The notes below the pieces were generated by a model. It saw only the letters and a program-made list of their open reading frames with translations. It did no database searches and was not told where the DNA came from. A DNA stretch of 64,000 bases from Sarea resinae (Eukaryota): the NCBI GenBank assembly GCA_026026165.1, contig JAPEUD010000013.1:372001-436000 (forward strand), in the 5' to 3' direction. Below are positions 1-14,179 of the stretch, one piece after another. The position numbers and the translations under genes are program-made. Position 1 is the first letter of the stretch. Each line of letters starts with the position of its first letter.

Positions 1-1629
1 CTCGACGCCTCGACGCCTCCACGCCTCGACGCCTCACTACGACTCTCCTACGACGGTAAATGGTATCCGACCGTGCCTTGTGCACTCTGCAGCATCCATG
101 GATGGGGACTGCGACATCTCGGGCACCGTACTTCAGAAGGTAGTCACCTCGAATGCATCGATATGGATGCATCCTCTGACTCGACCTTTATCGATCAAGA
201 TCCATCTTCCACCTCAAGCACGGCGCCGAGAGGGTAGGGGCCTCGGGCAGGGAAGGGGGGCAATGCTCACCTACTGTAGTAAGGAAGTCATGGCGAGACA
301 TGCTGATCAGCAATGGTAGCCCTGACGATAACAGAATACGAGATATCGTAGACGGACCATTGGTGTCCCATCTGACTATGACCATGTCTCCTCACCTCCA
401 GGGCTGCTCACCTACTACTACGGAGTTGTATGTACTGCCGCAGTCCTGGCCCGCCGGCGGGAAGAAAAAAAGAAAGAAGGAAGGTGTTGATTCGATAAGA
501 CCACTTCTGCGAGAGTACAGAGAGCACCGAGGACCCCTCGTTCGTCTAACGGTCCCCTTTCCCTTTAGCTTTCCCCTACTTCCCCTGCTTCCCCTACGTC
601 CCCTACATAGTACTCGACCGACCACTACGACGCTCCTTGGTGTGCAACGAGATTGGCGCCGGTCGACGGGCTAGGATGATGGCGAACTAAGGGAAACCTA
701 ATAAATTACCTTCTGATTGTCGTACATGATCTTCGACGGATGGAGGCCTTCCCACCTTCCCAAGCTCATTGGACGGCCGCGGGCATCAGAATATCTGATA
801 AATCCGGCACACTGCGCGGCCCTGTCGCTGGCCGCCAGCAGTGGACACGTCCGAAGGTCTTTTCCGAGCTCAATCGCACTTGCACATGAGAGATGTCATT
901 TCTCTCCGTCTTCCCAGTGTTTGCTGGACGCAACATACCTTACCTACCTGACCCAGGCCATACCGATCCAGCATCGCATGTCGTATTCTCGCATTACCAA
1001 TTTACCAAGCTGACCTGCACGTAAGGAGCACTATCACCGCGCAGCACCCGCATATTCGTGCATCCCGTCCCCTGGAGCGCGGGAACAAGCAAGGCGCTCT
1101 TCACGTGATTGATGGTTGGACCGACAGGCTGTCTGTGTACTATGTACCGTCAGGGAACCCAATCCAAACCCACGCCAAGGATGACGAAGGAACTTTCATC
1201 CCGTTCTATTTATTCTTCTGTCATCTTCCCGCACTGCAGTGTATTGCAGGGGTTGACAATTTGCCTTGTGCTCCCCAATTCCATCTCGTACAGTCCCATT
1301 TCGCCCCAGACGTTATCTACAATACTGCACTCTCGAGTCTCGACCCCTTCTGTGATTGACACATTATTACTTCGTACATCCCCGTCGTACGACAGCCTTC
1401 ATCCGTACATGTGGCGGCCATGTGCTTTCCTGGCAGACCCTGAGAGCTGTGAGCAGCCAATACTCATCATTCATGGCCTGAAAGCTGCTGCTGAAGGCTT
1501 GATTTGAGTGGCTCGTTAGCATCCACAGAACAATCATTCATGAGCATAGATGACGGCGGTGCAACGTCCAGGTAAACGAAGCCAGTGCCAGCGAACATAT
1601 GTATGGTCTACAAGGAGTATCGATCGCCT

Positions 1630-2779
1630 CTAGCTGTCCTTGTCCTCCTCTCCTTCCACATCGTCTTCGCCCTCATGCTCTACCTTTCGTCCGTTGACTC
1701 CTTTCTCAACCTCCGGTATTAAGCTGTCCATGTATTCCTTGTCCCTGCCGACAAGTGTGACGGTGTTCCTTGATTTGCCCCACCGAGGATAGCTTCCGAC
1801 CTTGATCCCGCGCGGCTCAACCTTTCCTGCCAATTCCGTCAGGTATTCAGCCACTTCGCTCTCTGCCAATGGGGTCGAAATCAGCAAACGGTAGACGCCT
1901 TTGCCCTCTGGATCGACCAGCCTAGGCAATAGAATCGGCTTGAGACCAGCTAGAAGCTGAGTGAATAGCCTGGGAACACCAGGCAGGATGTGGATATTGC
2001 CGTTCACAACGCTTATTGGTACCCATAGATTCTCGTCCACGAAGAGGGCCTGGCTCTCTATATTCCTGTTTTCGTCTATGGGCAGTTCTACCATTCGTAG
2101 CTTTGCCGTCAATGCTGCAGATGGCTTGTCCCAGGAAAAGTTGGGCTGCGAAGGGTGCGGCTTCGATAATTTCTTCATCCGATCGAATGCTCCCTGATGA
2201 AGCTTGATCTTGAGATCGAAAGCCTTTGCTATGGAAGCGTAAGTGATATCATCGTGTCTGGTAGCGGTTAGCCAGAGTTCCTTGAGCGATGGAGATGGAG
2301 ATGGATCTCACGTCGGCCCAATGCCACCACTGGTCACGACAAAATCGTAGTTGGTCGACATTCTTCGGACTGCCTCAATGATCTCACTGTCATCATCTCC
2401 AATGACCTCTATCCTCTTCAAATTTATACCGAGGGAGAAGCAAAATTTCGCGAAATTGGCCGAGTTGGTATCGACCGTCTAGATTAGAGCCCAGCATTGT
2501 TAGCCGTTGATGAGCCAAATGGTATAAAGTCCCATAACGGGAATTATCACCCACCTTTCCACCCAGAACTTCATCCCCAATGATAATACACCCCGCCGTG
2601 TGAATCGTGCGCTTTGCATTCTGTTCGGCGCTCATGGGTACTACAGGCGATGATGATGTCATCATGCCGCTCGTGAGACCAACCCGTGAACTTGAGGTCG
2701 CTGCTGCGGCGGATGAATGGGCGTAGTTTGGGAGGGGGCGAGAGAGATGTCGAGCAAGTTGAGTGAGTCGTCCAAACAT
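1630..2779 (-). CDS. Molybdopterin-binding (MoCF_biosynth/CinA-like) domain protein, similar to yeast FAD diphosphatase YMR178W; probable N-terminal mitochondrial presequence; 3 exons
   Basis: Spliced translation [15 protein letters not shown]...[20 protein letters not shown]...[16 protein letters not shown]...ILPGVPRLF...[17 protein letters not shown] and SGGIGPTHDDIT are MoCF/CinA motifs; GT-AG introns. Confidence 0.85.
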
Positions 2780-3126
2780 GAGGTGCTGTGGAATTGTTTT
2801 GGTTCGGATAGATGGGGGTGAACAAGGTCTTGCAGATCGACCCGCATGCAACATCAATGATGTGTACGACCTAAGTACTACGAGTTTGGAGGTTCGCCCA
2901 GGGCTCGACCGCCCACCGCTGCGGGGCGGAGGGGTGTCTGTCAATAAGCGACCCTCCAGCGCCCGCCATGATATTATTGCGCGCTTTAGCACTGCGCCCT
3001 TGTTCATTCAGCACAGCCTCGGACGATCTTGCATGCCTCCTGAAGATCTGATGTTCTAGGAAGACGGCCTGGAATACTCGAGCATCTCGTTTTCCCCATA
3101 GCAGTCTCATAGCACCACGTCCAAAA

Positions 3127-3768
3127 ATGGTGCGATCTTCCGTCTTGTTGAAGCAATATTGCAGGCTGATACTGTATATATCTACCTAGTCTTCCGAATC
3201 GAGGCTCTACACGTTCTCGCCGGAGACCAAAGAAAAGCTTCGCAAGTTCCGACTCGGCACATCGAGGGCCAAAGACCCGCAAGCAGTCATATGTAAATCC
3301 GTGATCCCACATCGCCTGCTATTTGTAGACGTTGATCCTGCCCGTTCGGAGCTGCTTCTAACACTCAGTTGCAAAACTGGCAGATACCATCAACAAGCAG
3401 ACGCTTGAGATCGCCCAGGCAGATGATGAGGTCTACACTAGCATGCAGGAGCTTGGAGATGAGCTGCCGGATCACTCGCCCAGATATGTGCTTCTGAGCT
3501 ACCCTCTGACCTTGGTAAGCCCTCGATATGCAATGCCTCAGGTGCCCACCGCTGGGAATGCGCTGATCTCCGCCAGCCGTCCGGAAGATTATCAGTACCA
3601 TATGTCTTGCTTTACTATCTTCCTGTCACATGCAATGCGGAACTACGAATGCTATACGCTGGTGCGAAAGAGCTCATGAGGAATACTGCAGAGGTCGGAC
3701 GAGTCATCGAACTTGACAGCGCCGAAGACTTGGAAGAGATCGAGTCCAAACTCGGAGGCGAATCATAG
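3127..3768 (+). CDS. AIM7: Glia maturation factor (ADF-H family), AIM7 orthologue; 4 coding exons, the first being the ATG alone
   Basis: ATG|gtgcga intron, then SSESRLYTFSPETKEKLRKFRLGTSRAKDPQAVI, ...ELPDHSPRYVLLSYPLTL|PSGRLSVPYVLLYYLPVTCNAELRMLYAGAKELMR...KLGGES*. Confidence 0.9.
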
Positions 3769-4228
3769 CACTCCAGAAGCGCGGTGTAGTTTTCTTCTCC
3801 CTTGGTGCAGAGGGTCAACGCTCTCCACTCAGTACTGACAGTGGTGCCGTCTGTCTGATATCTGACGAAGTTCAATGAACTTTGAGCGTTGGCTTGTTGC
3901 TACGCAGTTGGATCGAGAAGTGGAAGAGGAATTTCTGCAGAGGAATGCGAATCAATTTCATCAGTAAAATGAACCCTCGAGATCCCGATGTATTCGTGTC
4001 CCCCCCCTCAAGAGTTTGAACTTGGAGATCTAAAGTTGGTCATTACTTAGATGAATGGCCCCATACTACTACTGACTACACTACTCTACAAAACAAAAGT
4101 GCTCGGAACTCGGAGAATCGTGGCATTACAGCTGTGCCACATGGCCGGTAGCTGGAATTAACACCGCGAAGCTACCGTCAGACATGCTCTCTCAGTCCGG
4201 TGAGGCAAAAAGGAGAAAACCAAAAAAA

Positions 4229-4329
4229 AGGTCGTGCCCGGGATCGAACCGGGGTCGCCGGAAACTTTAATCAATTTAATTGATTCGACGGATCAAAATC
4301 CGGAGTGATCACCACTACACTACACAACC
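4229..4329 (-). tRNA. tRNA-Gln(TTG) with an intron of about 29 nt
   Basis: Reverse complement GGTTGTGTAGTGTAGTGGTGATCACTCCGGATTTTGA[intron]TTCCGGCGACCCCGGTTCGATCCCGGGCACGACC. Anticodon stem CCGGA/TCCGG, B-box GGTTCGATCCC, oligo-T terminator downstream. Confidence 0.93.
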
Positions 4330-5298
4330 GTTCTTGTTGGACCAGTGTGCTTGATGTGTATATGCTCATGGCGCCGAGAAGCAGACAGCATCCTTCTTCA
4401 TCGAAATAATGCCTGAGCCGAATATCCGCACCATCTGGGCGGTCGGCAAAATCGATCCATATTGTACATACATGCATGTAGTAGTGTGGATACTCGCGTG
4501 ACTGTACTCATGGTATCTTCTCCGGCCCGGGGAGTACCTTCCGTCGACGATCGAAGTCCTGACCCCGGATTGTCGGCATCCATGGATGTCTACGAAGTAC
4601 TGAAGTACAGGACCAGTACGCGTACCTTACTGCGTACCCAAGGTACCTCTCAAGATCTCGGGGCCGCTGGATCAGATAAGGTGATGAAGATGCATCGCAA
4701 AGAGACAAGGATCAATTGATGGGGAGCGCCCAACACGACGGCAGCAATCTTTCGATGCTTTTCCTCTTGAATGTCATATCGAACGAGGGTGCGCCTGGAA
4801 GGAGCTGGGAGGAGTGGAATTGATCTGCTGCCTTGTTCGATGTCTCCAGTCTCCCTTACAGCGAGCAATACTTACTTTCTCATCTCTGACATGAGCTGAG
4901 TCTGTACTGCAATGGAAACGTCCTCGTCCCCCCTCCGAAAGCGGCGATATTTTTCCTGCGGCTAAGACTCGATGGCCCTAGGAGGCGATGATGTGCTCAA
5001 GGTGGGGGAGCTTCTCCGCCAATCAGCGTTCCTCGGTTGTCAGAAAAGACAGACGACGGCGAAGAAAAGGGACAGTGCAATGTCGACAGGTCACCAGCAA
5101 GTCACTAGCGACCGCTGCCGATGTTTGATGCGGTGATACTTGTGGTCATACCAATCTACTAGGTACCTTGCCTACTGGCTCTCTCTCTTGGCTCGAATGG
5201 AGGCAAATTCGTCTTCACCAGCACCATCTTCTCCTCTCTTGCAGCAGTCCTCTCCTTGCGGATTCTGCTGATCTCGAGAGTGCCCTCGATCGAGCAAG

Positions 5299-8200
5299 AT
5301 GGGATCCATCAGTACTGCTGGAGAAGCCGGTACGTTCAGTTCTTTTGCATCCATTTGCCCCGCCTTTCTGGCGGAACCCCGTTCGCCCATTGAAGACCAC
5401 TCACTGACGAGAGACTTGACCAGTTGCGCGAATCGCATACCTTTCTAGCGATGTGATCATCTCTGTCCAGCCTGCTCTGGCGGTCGATTCGGAGTTTTCG
5501 CAACATCTCCATGCATATGCCAGTCGAAAAGCCCCAGGCGTTATTGCCAAAAAGATACCCGAGGTGGGATATGTTTTCTTTCGCCCCCAGCTATTTGGGA
5601 CCTCTATTGACGGATAACAAAGATCATTTCCGTAAGACACAACGCCGATCCATTGCTCTCTGTGTTCGAGCCCATTCGAGGAGGCAACTTCGTTGCCGTC
5701 ACCACGTCTTCGTCCATTCTGCTGCCCTCAATTCCTCACCTCTATAAACTCGCGGAATACCCAGTAGTTATTCATGTCTCATTGGAGCCTACCAATTATC
5801 CCGACTACTCGGAAATAACAGCAATTCGCAACTCTGGATTCACTTTTTTGCAATCCGAGACCTTGCAGGAGGTCCAGGACATGGCTCTGTCCGCCCATGC
5901 TCTGGCGATCAAGTCTGGGAAAGGAGTCATCCACTTCTTCGATGCCGGAAAAGCGGCAGATGATACGCCTATCTCTTACGAAGACCAAAAGTTGGTCGGG
6001 GAAATTCTTGAGCCCAATTCAGCGAAGTCGTTCCAAAATTCGTCTGTTGCAGCCTCTTCTCTCTATGTGCCAGATGGCAGAGTGGCCACGGTCACAAACG
6101 GCACTTCAACTGCCATCAATGGAAACGTAAACACATCAACTCCTGCAGTCTCTGGCGAAAAGACTGGTTCGAAATCCGCTGGTACAGAGAACTCCTCTGT
6201 TGGCTCATCCCAGCGAGAGAGCAGCGCAGATAGTCGGCCAACCATCTCTTCGGCAACTTCGACGGAATCAACAGATACTCGGCCTGTAACTTCTGAAGAT
6301 ATATATAATTACATTTCTGAGACGTGGGCACAGATAGAAACGGCTACCGGTCGACAGTATCAGGCATTTGAGTATACAGGACCGGCCCATGCCGAACATG
6401 CACTCTTCATATTCGGCTCTGACACTGCCCTATTCGCCCGCGAAATCGACAGTGCGACCGCTTCAGATGCTTTCGCTAGATCTGGAGTCCTCACTGCTCG
6501 TCTTTATAGACCCTGGCTCGGCCAGAAACTTGTTGCGGTAGTTCCGAAATCCGTTAAGCGCATTGCGGTTCTAGAGCAAATAAGGAGAAAGACAACAAAG
6601 TGGGGACCTCTGTTACTAGATCTGCTCACCTCCCTCAGGACCGGGGAATCCATCGGTGGAGCCCCGCTGATTGTAGGTCATCAGCTTGGGTACATCGAGC
6701 CGGCGACGGTGCGACAAGCACTGCGAGGTATATTCCACAACCTACGGTCGGAAAGCCCTATCCAAAATCTTGAGATTGGAAGTTCGGAAAGACCAAAGCG
6801 ACTTCTGGAAAAGTACGAACTTGAGCAACCAAAGCTCGAGAATGCCTATATGAAAATTCTGGATCAGGTTTTTGCCGAGCGCCTACACGTCGCAAATCAA
6901 CTTGGTGCCAACAACGCTGGCATATCCGCTACGATTACTTCTAGTCCCGAATTTGGGTTCGGATCACTGATAGCTCGGTCAGAGCATCGAAAGCGCTTCA
7001 TACAAGAAGTCGAATCTGCCTCTAGAAGCCACGACTTTGCCACGGAAGTTCCGCGAAACTGGTTGTCACAATGGGCGTTGAATGCTGAAGACCCACAAAA
7101 ATCAAACGCATTGGCCTCGGAGGCTATCAAACGCCTATCCACGGACGGTTCTAAGCTTGCTTCGTTTCTCCTGTCCTCAAAGTCTCTCTTCTTCAAGGAA
7201 TCTCCGTGGCTGATTGGTTCCGATGCATGGGCTTACGATCTCGCCAACTCCGGCGTCCACCATGTCATCGCGTCGGGAGAGAACGTCAACATGTTGATCA
7301 TTGATTCTCAGCCTTACTCTGAACAAGCAGCCGCGGATGCCAATCGGAGGAAGAAGGATATCGGTCTTTACGCCATGAACTTCGGCAACGCATACGTGGC
7401 TTCGGTCGCGGTCTATAGCTCTTACACTCAAGTTCTACAGGCCATGATGGAGGCGGACAAATTTGACGGGCCCTCTGTCGTTTTAGCATATTTGCCTTAC
7501 AACAGAGAGGACGACTCCCCCCTGACAGTTCTGCAAGAGACTAAAAAGGCGGTCGATATCGGTTACTGGCCGCTATACCGCTGGAACCCCTTCAACGAAG
7601 AAAAGGGACTGTCTAATTTCTCCCTTGATTCTCAGCGTATCAAGCGTGACCTTGAAGAGTTTCTGAAGCGAGACAACCATCTCTCGCAACTTATGAAAAG
7701 ACACCCGCAGTTTTCTGCCAATCTTTCCGAGTCTTATGGCACTGAAGTGCGGAGCTTGCAGAAGAAGAGAGCAAAAGATGCTTATAGCTCACTTTTGGAA
7801 GGCCTCTATGGCGCACCCTTGACTATCCTCTTTGCTTCGGATAACGGGAATGCCGAGACATTGGCCAAGCGTCTGGGTAACAGAGGTAAGACTAGGGGCC
7901 TAAAGACCATGGTGATGTCCATGGACGACTATCCGATAGAGGATCTTTCATCCGAGGAAAATGTCGTCTTGATCACAAGCACTGCCGGCCAGGGTGAATT
8001 TCCCCAGAACGGACGCGCTCTGTGGGATACAGTCAAGGGCTCCACAGATATTGACCTAGCTTCGGTTCACTACTCAGTCTTTGGTCTAGGAGACAGTCAT
8101 TATTGGCCAAGGAAGGATGACAAGATCTACTATAACAAACCTGCGAAGGATTTAAACGCTCGGATTGCGGTCTTGGGCGCTAAGCCGTTGACTGACATTG

Positions 8201-10110
8201 GGCTTGGGGACGACCAGGATCCAGATGGATTCCAAACCGGATATAGCGAGTGGGAGCCCAAACTCTGGCAGGCACTTGGCGTCGACAAGATTGAAGGTCT
8301 ACCGGAAGAGCCTCCACCATTGACAAACGAGGATATTAAGATTCAGTCGAATTATCTTCGCGGGACTATTGTACAAGGCCTTGAAGACACGACCACGGGA
8401 GCAATATCTGCAAGCGATGCACAACTCACCAAGTTCCATGGTACTTATATGGAAGACGATCGTGATCTTCGAGAAGAACGCAAGGCTCAAGGTCTAGAGC
8501 CAGCATACTCTTTCATGATACGTTGTAAGCTGCCTGCTGGAGTAGCTACGCCAAGCCAGTACCTTCAGATGGATGCCATCAGTTCTAGCTACGGCAACGA
8601 AACGATGAAATTGACGACTCGGCAGACATTTCAATTTCATGGAGTTGTCAAAGGTTACCTCAAGCCAGCTATGCGCAGCATTAACAAGGCCTTGATGACG
8701 TCGCTTGGTGGGTGCGGTGATGTCAGCCGAAATGTCATGTGCAGCAGCCTGCCGGAACGGTCTCAGTTTCATCGGGATGTTTTTGAGATTTCCAAGGAGG
8801 TCAATGATCGTCTGATGCCTCAAACTACAGCGTACCACGAAATCTGGCTCAAGGATGAGAACGATAAGAAGGTGCAAGTGGCAGGAAATGCGGTTGTTGA
8901 CCACGAACCTCTGTACGGCCCAACGTATCTTCCGCGAAAGTTCAAGGTCACCATCGCCGTGCCTCCGCATAACGACACCGACGTGTACGCTCACGACATT
9001 GGCCTCATCGCCATTAAAGGCGCTGACGACCGGTTAGAGGGGTTCAACGTCCTCTGCGGCGGTGGTATGGGTGTCACTCACAATAACAAGAAGACGTATC
9101 CCCGAACGGGAAGTATGTTTGGCTATATTGCAAAGGAGCAGGCAGGCCTGATTTGCGAGAAAATCATGGTCATTCAACGCGATCATGGCGACCGCAAGAA
9201 CCGCAAGCACGCTAGACTAAAGTACACGGTTGATGATATGGGAGTCGAGACATTCAAGGCGAAGGTTGAAGAGCAGTCAGGCGTGAAGTTCGAGGAACCG
9301 AGGCCATTCCATTTTGACAGCAACATCGATACCTTTGGATGGCAAAAGGACGAAGGCGGCCTTAATCATTTCACAATGTTCATCGAAAACGGAAGGATAG
9401 AGAATACTGCCGACTTCCCCATGAAGACTGGACTCAGGGAGATAGCCAAGGTCCACAAGGGAGAATTCAGATTGACGGGCAACCAGCACCTTATACTCAG
9501 CAGCGTCCGTGATGCTGATTTGCCTCAGATGAAGGAGTTGCTTGCGAAATACAAGCTTGACAACATCCATCATTCTGGTCTGCGTCTCAGCTCTTCGGCT
9601 TGCGTTGCTTTCCCTACATGTGGGCTCGCAATGGCGGAGAGTGAGCGTTACCTACCAGAACTTATCGGCAAACTGGAAGGTGCTATCGAGGAAAATGGGC
9701 TGAGGCAGGACTCTATTGTCATGCGGATGACAGGCTGCCCGAATGGATGTGCTCGACCATGGCTGGCCGAGGTAGCTTTCGTTGGCAAGGCATACGGGGC
9801 CTACAACATGTATCTAGGGGGTGGATATCACGGCCAACGGCTTAACAAGCTCTACCGATCATCCATCAAGGAGGAAGAGATATTGGGCATCATGAAGCCT
9901 CTGCTCAAGAGATATGCTCTCGAGCGGCAGGACGGGGAGAGATTTGGTGATTTCGCCATCCGCATCGGGATGATCAAGCCCACGACGGAGGGGAAGACCT
10001 TCCATGACGATGTAAGTCGATGAATGCGAGCTCTGTGGCTCCTGATTACAAGACTTTGCTAATTACAAACCTTCTAGGTGGCGGACGAGGAATCAGAAGA
10101 GGAGTCGTGA
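5299..10110 (+). CDS. MET5: Sulfite reductase (NADPH) beta subunit (flavodoxin + siroheme/4Fe-4S hemoprotein); 4 exons
   Basis: MGSISTAGEA|VARIAYLSSDVIISVQP..|long exon with flavodoxin ILFASDNGNAE/TSTAGQGEFP, FHGTYMEDDRD, LPRKFK, CVAFPTCGLA and RMTGCPNGCAR|VADEESEEES*. Confidence 0.95.
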
Positions 10111-11436
10111 TTCGTTGACTTTGCCGTTTGATGTTCCAAAAGTGGTCGATTTCAAAAGAGGTAGTAGACAGGTCGATTCCTGATCTCGGGTATCGGGTAC
10201 CTGGCTTCGTCGGCATCTACCAGGGTGGAGATTGATCTTTTTGAGTTGCTACCTAACGCACGCTCGTTACTAAGCCACGCGAGCGTGCATACCAAATGAA
10301 GTTCCTCGTACATAGACGATGTAGATTAGCCGTAAAAGCCATCCTATCACTCTGGAACAGCGTCACCGGCACTGTTGCCGATCGTGGCGGGGTGCTGCCC
10401 CTGGTACTTGGTGCAGGCCCTGACATCAGCAATTTCTGACCCCGCTGATGCACTTGGCCGCCCCTGGTGCAAAGAGAGCTCTCGAAAAGTGGACATGACA
10501 GGCGCGGCCATGATTCATCTTCCCCTTGGCTTCACCGGTGCAGCAGGTTGGTCATCAGGTCATCAGGCATTTCTCGGTCCAATGGAAGACTGAGTAAGGA
10601 AGGAGGTAGATGAAGATTAGGAGGTCAAAAGAAGGTGCAATGATGGGTGATGGATGATGCTGCCGGCCGGTCAGTGCCGGCACGCTCAACGTTTCTTTCC
10701 TTGGGGCCGCCGAACAAGCGTCGGACAGGAGTATGTACTACATAGTAAGCCTAAGCATGATGGTCTGAGGTTCGTCGGACGCGGTACTGGACACTTGTGC
10801 TCGGCGTGCGGCGCACGCGTCCGGATAGGTAGACGGTACTTGGATCCGAGTCCACCTTTGGATTTCGTGATGATGATGGAAGGGCCTAGACCGGTGGTGA
10901 GGGTTGCGGAACCCACGTCATTCTCGATAAATTGGGTCCCGCCATGACCGTGGCCCACCGCATCGCCTGCGCATCGCTGGCTGGCCCTTGGACCTCGACC
11001 CTCGACTTTCCCTTACGTAGTCGTAGCAGCAGTGATGCTCCGTCAGGACTCCGTAGACTGAGGTGATCTTCACGGTCTCGTTGATTATTCATCGTCCAGC
11101 TGGGTGGTCTGAGAGCTCGTCCAGATAGGTACTGAAGTAGTACTGGAGTAGATCACAGTGGCATGGAAGCTTCCCGATCGACGTAGTCAAAACATGAATG
11201 CCAGAGCAGATTTAGTATTGCTGCTCATTGGACTCTGCTAGGACCCTATGTACGACGAGATATATTAGACAGGACTCCCCCTAGCCAGCTTCCCATTTGC
11301 TCCATCTCATTATTCCACCTCACTACTCTCATCCCATATCCTCAACTATCACACCGCATTGTCGACTCTTTCCATCGACCATTCTCCACCGTTATATAGC
11401 ACACCCTAGCACCAGTCTACCCTCATCATAAGCATC

Positions 11437-12714
11437 ATGGCCCCACAAACCCAAAAGCAATGGGTCATCACCGGCGAGAACGGCTTCGACAGTCTGGAGA
11501 AGAAGGAAGGTGTTCCGCTTGAGAAGATCGGCGACAAGGACGTCCTGGTCAAGATTCATGGTATGTTCTTTCGGTCGGCCTCTTTAGGATGTCTTGCTAA
11601 TACCCTGCTACAGCTGCATCTCTCAACTACCGAGACTTGGTTATCCCCAAGGTATGTAGCGCCAAACCCACTCCTTCCTAGACAGAAGAAACTCATCGCA
11701 TCAAGGGATTGTACCCGTTCCCCAAGAAGGACAATGTCGTCCCCGGCTCCGACGGCGCTGGCACAGTCGAGGCAGTCGGTGCCAATGTCACTCGATTCAA
11801 GAAGGGCGATAGAGTTGCAACACTTTTCAACCAGGCCCATCTGTTCGGTGACCTCGACCCGCACTCCGTTGCCACTGGTCTCGGTGGCGCCATCGACGGA
11901 GTGTTGCGTCAGTATGGTGTTTTTGACGAGAGTGGCCTGGTCGAGGTTCCCAAGCACCTGAACTGGCAGGAGGCTAGTACTCTGAGCTGTGCGGCTCTGA
12001 CCGCCTGGAACGGTCTGTACGGTCTGCAGAGCAGGGCTTTGAAAGCCGGAGACACCGTGCTCACCCAGGGCACCGGCGGTGTGAGCGTTTTTGCTCTTCA
12101 GGTTTGTCCCTATTGTTCTAATTCCAGTCTGGGAACTTACTAACGCGACAATCAGTTCGCGAAAGCTGCGGGAGCAACTGTCATTTCAACAACCTCCTCA
12201 GACGCCAAGGCCAAGAAGCTCAAGGAGCTCGGCGCCGATCATGTGCTGAACTACAAGACCGACCCGAATTGGGGTGAGACAGCGAAGAAGCTGAGCCCTG
12301 GTGGACTTGGAGTGACGCACGTTATCGAGGTTGGCGGCCCCGGCACTTTGAGACAGTCCATCAAGGCCGTCAAGTACGAGGGCGTCATCAGCGTCATTGG
12401 CTTCGTTGCCGGCGGCGATCAGCCTCCACTTCTGGAGGTATTGAGCAACATCTGCACTGTCAGGGGCATCTTTGTCGGTAGCAGAGCACAGATGGAGGAT
12501 ATGAACAAGGCCATCCTGGCCAATAACATCCACCCTGTCGTGGACCCCAAGGTGTTCTCCCTTGATGAGCTCAAGGAGGCCTATCAATACCAGGTACGTT
12601 CCTTTCCAGTCTCTCCTCTGATACAACTTACCAGACTCTTCTGTTTGAGCACTGCTAATTTAGCATTAGTGGGACCAAAAGCACTTCGGCAAGCTCACGA
12701 TCAAGATCGATTAA
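11437..12714 (+). CDS. Medium-chain (zinc-type ADH-like) dehydrogenase/reductase; 5 exons
   Basis: VLVKIH|AASLNYRDLVIPK|GLYPFP..VVPGSDGAG..LSCAALTAWNGL..VLTQGTGGVSVFALQ|FAKAAGA..IEVGGPGT..|WDQKHFGKLTIKID*. Confidence 0.9.
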
Positions 12715-14179
12715 ATCTGATGGCCGGATGGAGATATTTTGTTTATTTGTCGATAGCGAAGGCAAAAACCATAATGTGAATAATGTTATATGACTATCAT
12801 TCTTCTCAACACATCAAGTTGACACGTGCGTGAATTGGATGTTGTGAAATACTAGGAGATGGATAGAAGCCTAGACTGGTTGTATTATGCGGGGCTCGTT
12901 CTCGTGTTGGACGTGACAGGTGGTAGCGACGCGGCGGCGCGCCTTACATCATAAACCAACGTCCCACCATGATCCATCCCTTTTGTCGCCTTGTCGCACC
13001 CACTTTACAATCCAATGCCGAAGAGATTTATCGTCAGACGTAAGAAGTAAGGCACAATTGTGACGGTGAGGGTCGCGGACTGCCCCTTGGACAGCCGGAA
13101 TTTCATCGCGAGGGGTACATTCTTCAAAGAGCCATGCCTCGGGCTATGAAGCGCTTTGGATTCGCAATTGGAGACTCCTCGGAAAACTAGGTCCTTTGAA
13201 GACGCAGGGTCGGAGCGTTTGGTCCGATCATGGCTATAGATTCTGTAGCTTCGTGCCATCTCGTGTCGGCTGAAAACCTACCCTAGTTGCCTATCGTGTT
13301 CCGGGAGGAATGCGAGAGTCCATCACAATACAACAGGTAGCCAGACCGCATATTGCCCCTTGGGGGTGCTCCCTTTTTGGTTCTGATTTCTCTGATTTCT
13401 GACAGTCTCCCCTCTCGAGCGAGTGCGGCTCAACCGGGACTCCTCTCATCCCCCTTGCACGGACTATCCTACTGACTCCTTGATCGCTCTCCGGTACGGG
13501 CCGTGAAGACTTTGATGAGGAGATCGAGGGGTCGTGAAGCTTGGTATGTAGATACTGCTCGAAGGAGGGGGATGCCGGTGAGACGGATGGTGTTGAGAAT
13601 AAGGCATTCTCTGCTCTGGGGCTGCTCGCGCCTTGCCATCGATCCATCTTTTACATCTGTGTATTGATGTTCCGGATGCTGCGGCGCGAGTAAAGGAGGC
13701 GATCTCTTCATTCCCTACACCGGAACGCCGATGCCTCCGCTCCGGCAAGGGAAGACGATAGATGCCTTGGATCCTGTTGTATCGTCTCGTCATGGAATTT
13801 GGCTGCCTTAAGGGGAGCTCCGTTGTTGATTTTTCAATCTTTAAGAAGGCAGATCCTCCTGTGCATTTCCTTTGCACAAGTCAACAGTCGCAAGTCTTTT
13901 CATCTACTACTCGCCGGAGCTGAGCTCTGTCTTACTCTCTTTTAAACTGTCTTTCCCGCAAACTAGAACGCTTGCCCGTACCTGGTCCTTATCGTTGTCA
14001 TTTCACAAGCTGAGGAATCGAAGATTCTTCTCCTTCACACTCCTCTCGGTCGCTCAAGTCTTAGCTATCTAGGGTCTTGCAATTTCCGCACGCCATCCGA
14101 TCCTGAAAGACTTCATCCGAGCTGGAAATCGTGCTTTTTCTCTCCATAGCACTTCTACGGTCACAGCCATTCGTTCAAG

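Noticed and set aside
1..1600. Short ORFs and CTCGACGC repeats at the window start
   Set aside because: No coding signature; probably intergenic or promoter sequence of a gene outside the window.
8440..8740. Deviations in the sulfite reductase hemoprotein (YMEDDRD, RCKLPAG, SLGGCGDVSRN) as a sign of altered substrate
   Set aside because: The substrate-binding Arg/Lys positions (MIR, SRN, RKFK) and all four cluster Cys appear retained, so this is ordinary divergence.
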